Positions 60,960 through 64,000 of a stretch of DNA of 64,000 nt are shown here, piece after piece. Positions within the stretch are counted from its first letter, which is position 1. Each line of letters opens with the position of its first letter. This DNA comes from Sulfolobales archaeon. Its GTDB lineage: Archaea; Thermoproteota; Thermoprotei_A; Sulfolobales; AG1. Location: NCBI GenBank assembly GCA_038867615.1, contig JAWBYA010000001.1, positions 544,001 through 608,000 of the forward strand, read 5' to 3'. The position numbers were made by a program, and so were the translations under genes. The notes under the pieces are model-generated. The model was not told where the DNA came from. It did no database searches and was given only the letters and a program-made list of their open reading frames with translations.

Positions 60960-61448
60960 ATGAATGAGCTGCCAAAAACAATAGCTGAGGAGCTTGCTAG
61001 AAAGGCTAGCAGCGTGGGGATCTCTATTGAGGAGTATTTATTTGACTTACTCTTCAGAGATCTAGATCCTGTTGCAAGCGCTGAAAAATATATAATGGGT
61101 GCTCAGCAGCTCCTCGAACAGGCGGAGCAGGAGTTAAGGGCAGGAGATCTTAGGCAGGCCTCTGAGAAGATCTGGGGGGCGTGTGCGCTCAGCATAAAAG
61201 CCCACGCCCTGGCTAAGAAGGGGCTGAGGCTCGAAACCCATGGGGATCTATGGGTTTATAAGAACGAGGTTGCCAGGAAGCTTGGTGACTGGGTTAGGGT
61301 TGCATTCATGATGGCCGATTCAATGCGTAGGAACTCTTACGAGGATATAGCCACTGGAGAGGATATCGAGAGTGCACTTAGGGAGGTTAGAAACCTTGTT
61401 AACAAGATCTCTGAAACATTAAGCCTCAACCGTAGTAGATCATCATAG
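60960..61448 (+). CDS. PaREP1 family protein
   Basis: GDLRQASEKIWGA..L.IKA signature with RHH-like N-terminus. Confidence 0.88.
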   Translation: MNELPKTIAEELARKASSVGISIEEYLFDLLFRDLDPVASAEKYIMGAQQLLEQAEQELRAGDLRQASEKIWGACALSIKAHALAKKGLRLETHGDLWVYKNEVARKLGDWVRVAFMMADSMRRNSYEDIATGEDIESALREVRNLVNKISETLSLNRSRSS

Positions 61449-61674
61449 CTTTATTACAGATCAGCTTACTCCTTTCTAAATTACATATCTTCGGCTTAGG
61501 ATGATCCTTATGTATTGATCTCTAAAACATTCTCGAAGCCCGTGAGGCTGAGGACTAAGCAACCAGATCAAATAATACTAGTTGCTATGAAGCTGAACCA
61601 TGATCTGGGTAGGGTTTTGAAGCCCTACATTTAAGGTGGAATAAAAAGGTGTTCGGGCTAGAGAGGCGTTAGGT

Positions 61675-61917
61675 TTACTCGATAGCGATCAGAGTTACTG
61701 TTTTCTCAACACCCTCAATCTTATGTATACTCCCAGCCACCACGTCTTTAAGATCCCTAAGCTCTCCAACCTCGATCTTGGCTATAACATCATACTCCCC
61801 GGTTACTGTGTATGCTTCTTTAACACCACTAATACCCCTGATCCTCTGCACGACATCGCCCGCCTTGCCGATAGAGGTTTTAATCAAAACATACGCTACT
61901 ACTGGGAAGAGCACCAC
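61675..61917 (-). CDS. Stand-alone Lrp/AsnC ligand-binding (RAM) domain protein
   Basis: AYVLI, VTGEYDVIA and IEGVEKTVT motifs; no HTH. Confidence 0.88.
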   Translation of the reverse strand: MVLFPVVAYVLIKTSIGKAGDVVQRIRGISGVKEAYTVTGEYDVIAKIEVGELRDLKDVVAGSIHKIEGVEKTVTLIAIE

Positions 61918-62221
61918 CCTATAGCATCGGCTAACAAGCCCTATATTTACCCTATAATATCTTTGCTGCGTAGGTCGCGGATAGCTAACATGTATTTATA
62001 ATCATAGCTCTGCTTTAACGTAGTTTATTATAATGTATTTCGAAACCTCTGACTATTTTTCCCAGCCTTACGGCTCTCGCTATCTCCTCTCCGAGTTCTT
62101 TTCAATTCTATAGTAGATCGATTTTGTCCTCATATCTATTATATTAGGCTTATAAGCGTAGATCTCGTTTTAGTCTATGTTTTTGATATGACGATCCGCT
62201 GTAAAACTGAGAGTCTATATA

Positions 62222-63565
62222 CTATATAGGTCTTGTGAATCCCCATTTCTCGAGGGCTCTTCTGAGTTCCACGTGCTCTTCTGCGTATTGGTCTAGGGGG
62301 ATTCCTTTGGATATGGCTTCTAGGGCTTGTCTTACGGCCGCAGCGCCTGCTCTGGGGCCGTCTGGGTGTCCTACGACTCCTCCTCCGACTTGTATGACTA
62401 TATCGATGCCCATGTGTTTAACTACCTCTGGTAGTGTTCCTGGGTGTAGTCCTCCCGATGCTACTGGGGCTGCTGGTTTTATGTGGTAGAATGGCTGGGG
62501 CATTCTAACCGGGTCGTCTGGTGTGGGTTTGAAGATCTCTTCTCTGAGGATTGAGCAGTTCCTGATCACGTCTATTGTTTTTGCTTCCAGCTTCCCAACC
62601 TCTGGTGTTCCGACGTGTAGCTGGTCTACGCCAACGATTCTGAGGAGTTTGGCGAGTGTGAACATCGATATCCCGTGATCCGGGTTTCTGGTGAATGCTG
62701 CGTGCATTGCTCTGTGGGCGTGTATCGCTAACCCATACTCCTCCGCGAGATCCCTGATATAGGTTAGTGAGGACCAGCCTGCCACTACCACGTCGACCAT
62801 GATGTATGGGTTTCCATAGTCTGCGACAAGCTTGATCCTCCTAGCCATCTCTCTAGCATCTGCAGTCACGTTGGCGAGCCATGCCTTCCTCTCCCCAGTC
62901 TCCCTCTCAGCCCTCTCTATAGCCTTCATAATACTCCTAGCCCTGGTCTCGAACTTGCAGTAGCTGGGGCTTGCCAGGTTCTCATCATCCTTAACATAGT
63001 CAAGCCCTCCAGAGAGTATCTCGTAGGATAGCCTCTCAACCTCCTCCGGGGAATAGCCGACCTTGGGCTTTGGCACGGTGCCAACAATAGGCCTCCCATA
63101 GATCCTGAATATCTCCCTAACACCCCTCAAACCCCTAAACGGGCCCTTAAAATGCTCCAGAAACCTCCTCGGAAGATATATATCCTCAACCCTCAGCCAC
63201 CTAACCCTCCTCATACCAAACACATTACCAGCAACAGAGGCCAGGAACGCCGGCATATTACCCTCCTCAAACAGCTCAACGGGATAGGCAACCCTAACCA
63301 GATAACCCCCACCGCCCAGGTCTAGAAACTCATACGCTCTCCCCATAAGCCTGGAAAGCCTGGCCTCATCATACCAAGTATAAAGGGTGGTCCAGGTCCC
63401 AACACTACTCTCAGCAGCAACACCCCCAGCCGTATCCTCAACCGTAAACCCGGCAGCTGGGGTTACTTTAAAGCTAACGATCACATGATCCTCTGGATCC
63501 GGTTTAAAGCTCTTATCAATAAACAAAGGATATGGCTCGAAATCCTGTGACACGAGTTCCACCAA
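62222..63565 (-). CDS. rbcL: Form III ribulose-1,5-bisphosphate carboxylase large subunit
   Basis: AAESSVGTWT, GNVFGM, PKPKVG, GLDYVKDDEN, HAHRAMH, SGGLH and GGG..GHPDG motifs. Confidence 0.96.
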   Translation of the reverse strand: MVELVSQDFEPYPLFIDKSFKPDPEDHVIVSFKVTPAAGFTVEDTAGGVAAESSVGTWTTLYTWYDEARLSRLMGRAYEFLDLGGGGYLVRVAYPVELFEEGNMPAFLASVAGNVFGMRRVRWLRVEDIYLPRRFLEHFKGPFRGLRGVREIFRIYGRPIVGTVPKPKVGYSPEEVERLSYEILSGGLDYVKDDENLASPSYCKFETRARSIMKAIERAERETGERKAWLANVTADAREMARRIKLVADYGNPYIMVDVVVAGWSSLTYIRDLAEEYGLAIHAHRAMHAAFTRNPDHGISMFTLAKLLRIVGVDQLHVGTPEVGKLEAKTIDVIRNCSILREEIFKPTPDDPVRMPQPFYHIKPAAPVASGGLHPGTLPEVVKHMGIDIVIQVGGGVVGHPDGPRAGAAAVRQALEAISKGIPLDQYAEEHVELRRALEKWGFTRPI

Positions 63566-63890
63566 TAGTTTAATCCGTATAACGCAATATAACCCAGCTA
63601 GATCCTACTATCTAGAATCGAGGACAGGGCTATAATGTCCCGCTATAGGACTTCGAGACGCTCCCTATAGTGGTTGATATAGTTCCCAACGATCCTGCAT
63701 CGATGATCTGGTGTTGAGGAAAGGCTTCTCAGATCTAACCGCTATAGTTCTAACCATCACCGCTCTCTCCCCCTTGGGGAGAGCATTGCGAACTGTTAGG
63801 GCTATCAACCCTCAATGCTACGCCTCGTTTTGGCTTCTACTCTTTAGCTTGAAGTAGATCTGCTATAGAATTGAAGAGCATGTTTTAGGC

Positions 63891-64000
63891 TTAGAGTGGT
63901 CCCAGCCATGGTGCTATTACCTTGTAGTTCTTCTCAATGCTATTTCTTCTCCACTCCTCCTCAGCCCACCAAGGTATTCTTGGGTTTCTGACTATGTCGT
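63891..64000 (-). CDS. 3' end of an unidentified gene entering from the right edge
   Basis: Open frame ...DIVRNPRIPWWAEEEWRRNSIEKNYKVIAPWLGPL* ending in TAA at 63891-63893. Confidence 0.5.
   Translation of the reverse strand, partial: DIVRNPRIPWWAEEEWRRNSIEKNYKVIAPWLGPL

Noticed and set aside
62222-63565. Calvin-cycle autotrophy
   Set aside because: Form III enzyme with no phosphoribulokinase or small subunit in view
63765-63783. Hairpin CTCTCCCC-CTT-GGGGAGAG upstream of rbcL
   Set aside because: Single short stem with no U-tract or tRNA features; could be chance

Overview
Gene-dense 64 kb segment of a thermophilic crenarchaeal (Thermoprotei, Desulfurococcales-like) chromosome. The taxonomic call rests on Dph2, TFS, Nep1, PaREP1, tungsten AOR, form III RuBisCO and crenarchaeal C-terminally anchored solute-binding proteins. 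Housekeeping genes are mixed with many heterotrophic uptake and catabolism modules. Main points of interest: (1) an operon of Dpp-type ABC transporter + SIS protein + GNAT + anhydro-N-acetylmuramic acid kinase (AnmK), suggesting scavenging of bacterial cell-wall sugars by an archaeon that makes no peptidoglycan; (2) a bacterial-type myo-inositol catabolic set (iolB, iolC, iolD-like, iolE-like, iolG) lacking iolA/iolJ in this window; (3) an unannotated ~85 bp intergenic element in three diverged copies, each pointing at a gene start; (4) a GATC-poor, probably foreign island with a HinP1I-like endonuclease paired with an amino-methyltransferase, near a membrane-anchored PLD protein and a 12-TM His-motif protein; (5) two pervasive compositional signals, GATC excess and a 5' G/T to 3' A/C gradient within genes. 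No rRNA, tRNA, CRISPR array or transposase was recognised. All calls come from motif recognition by eye; no database searches were run.
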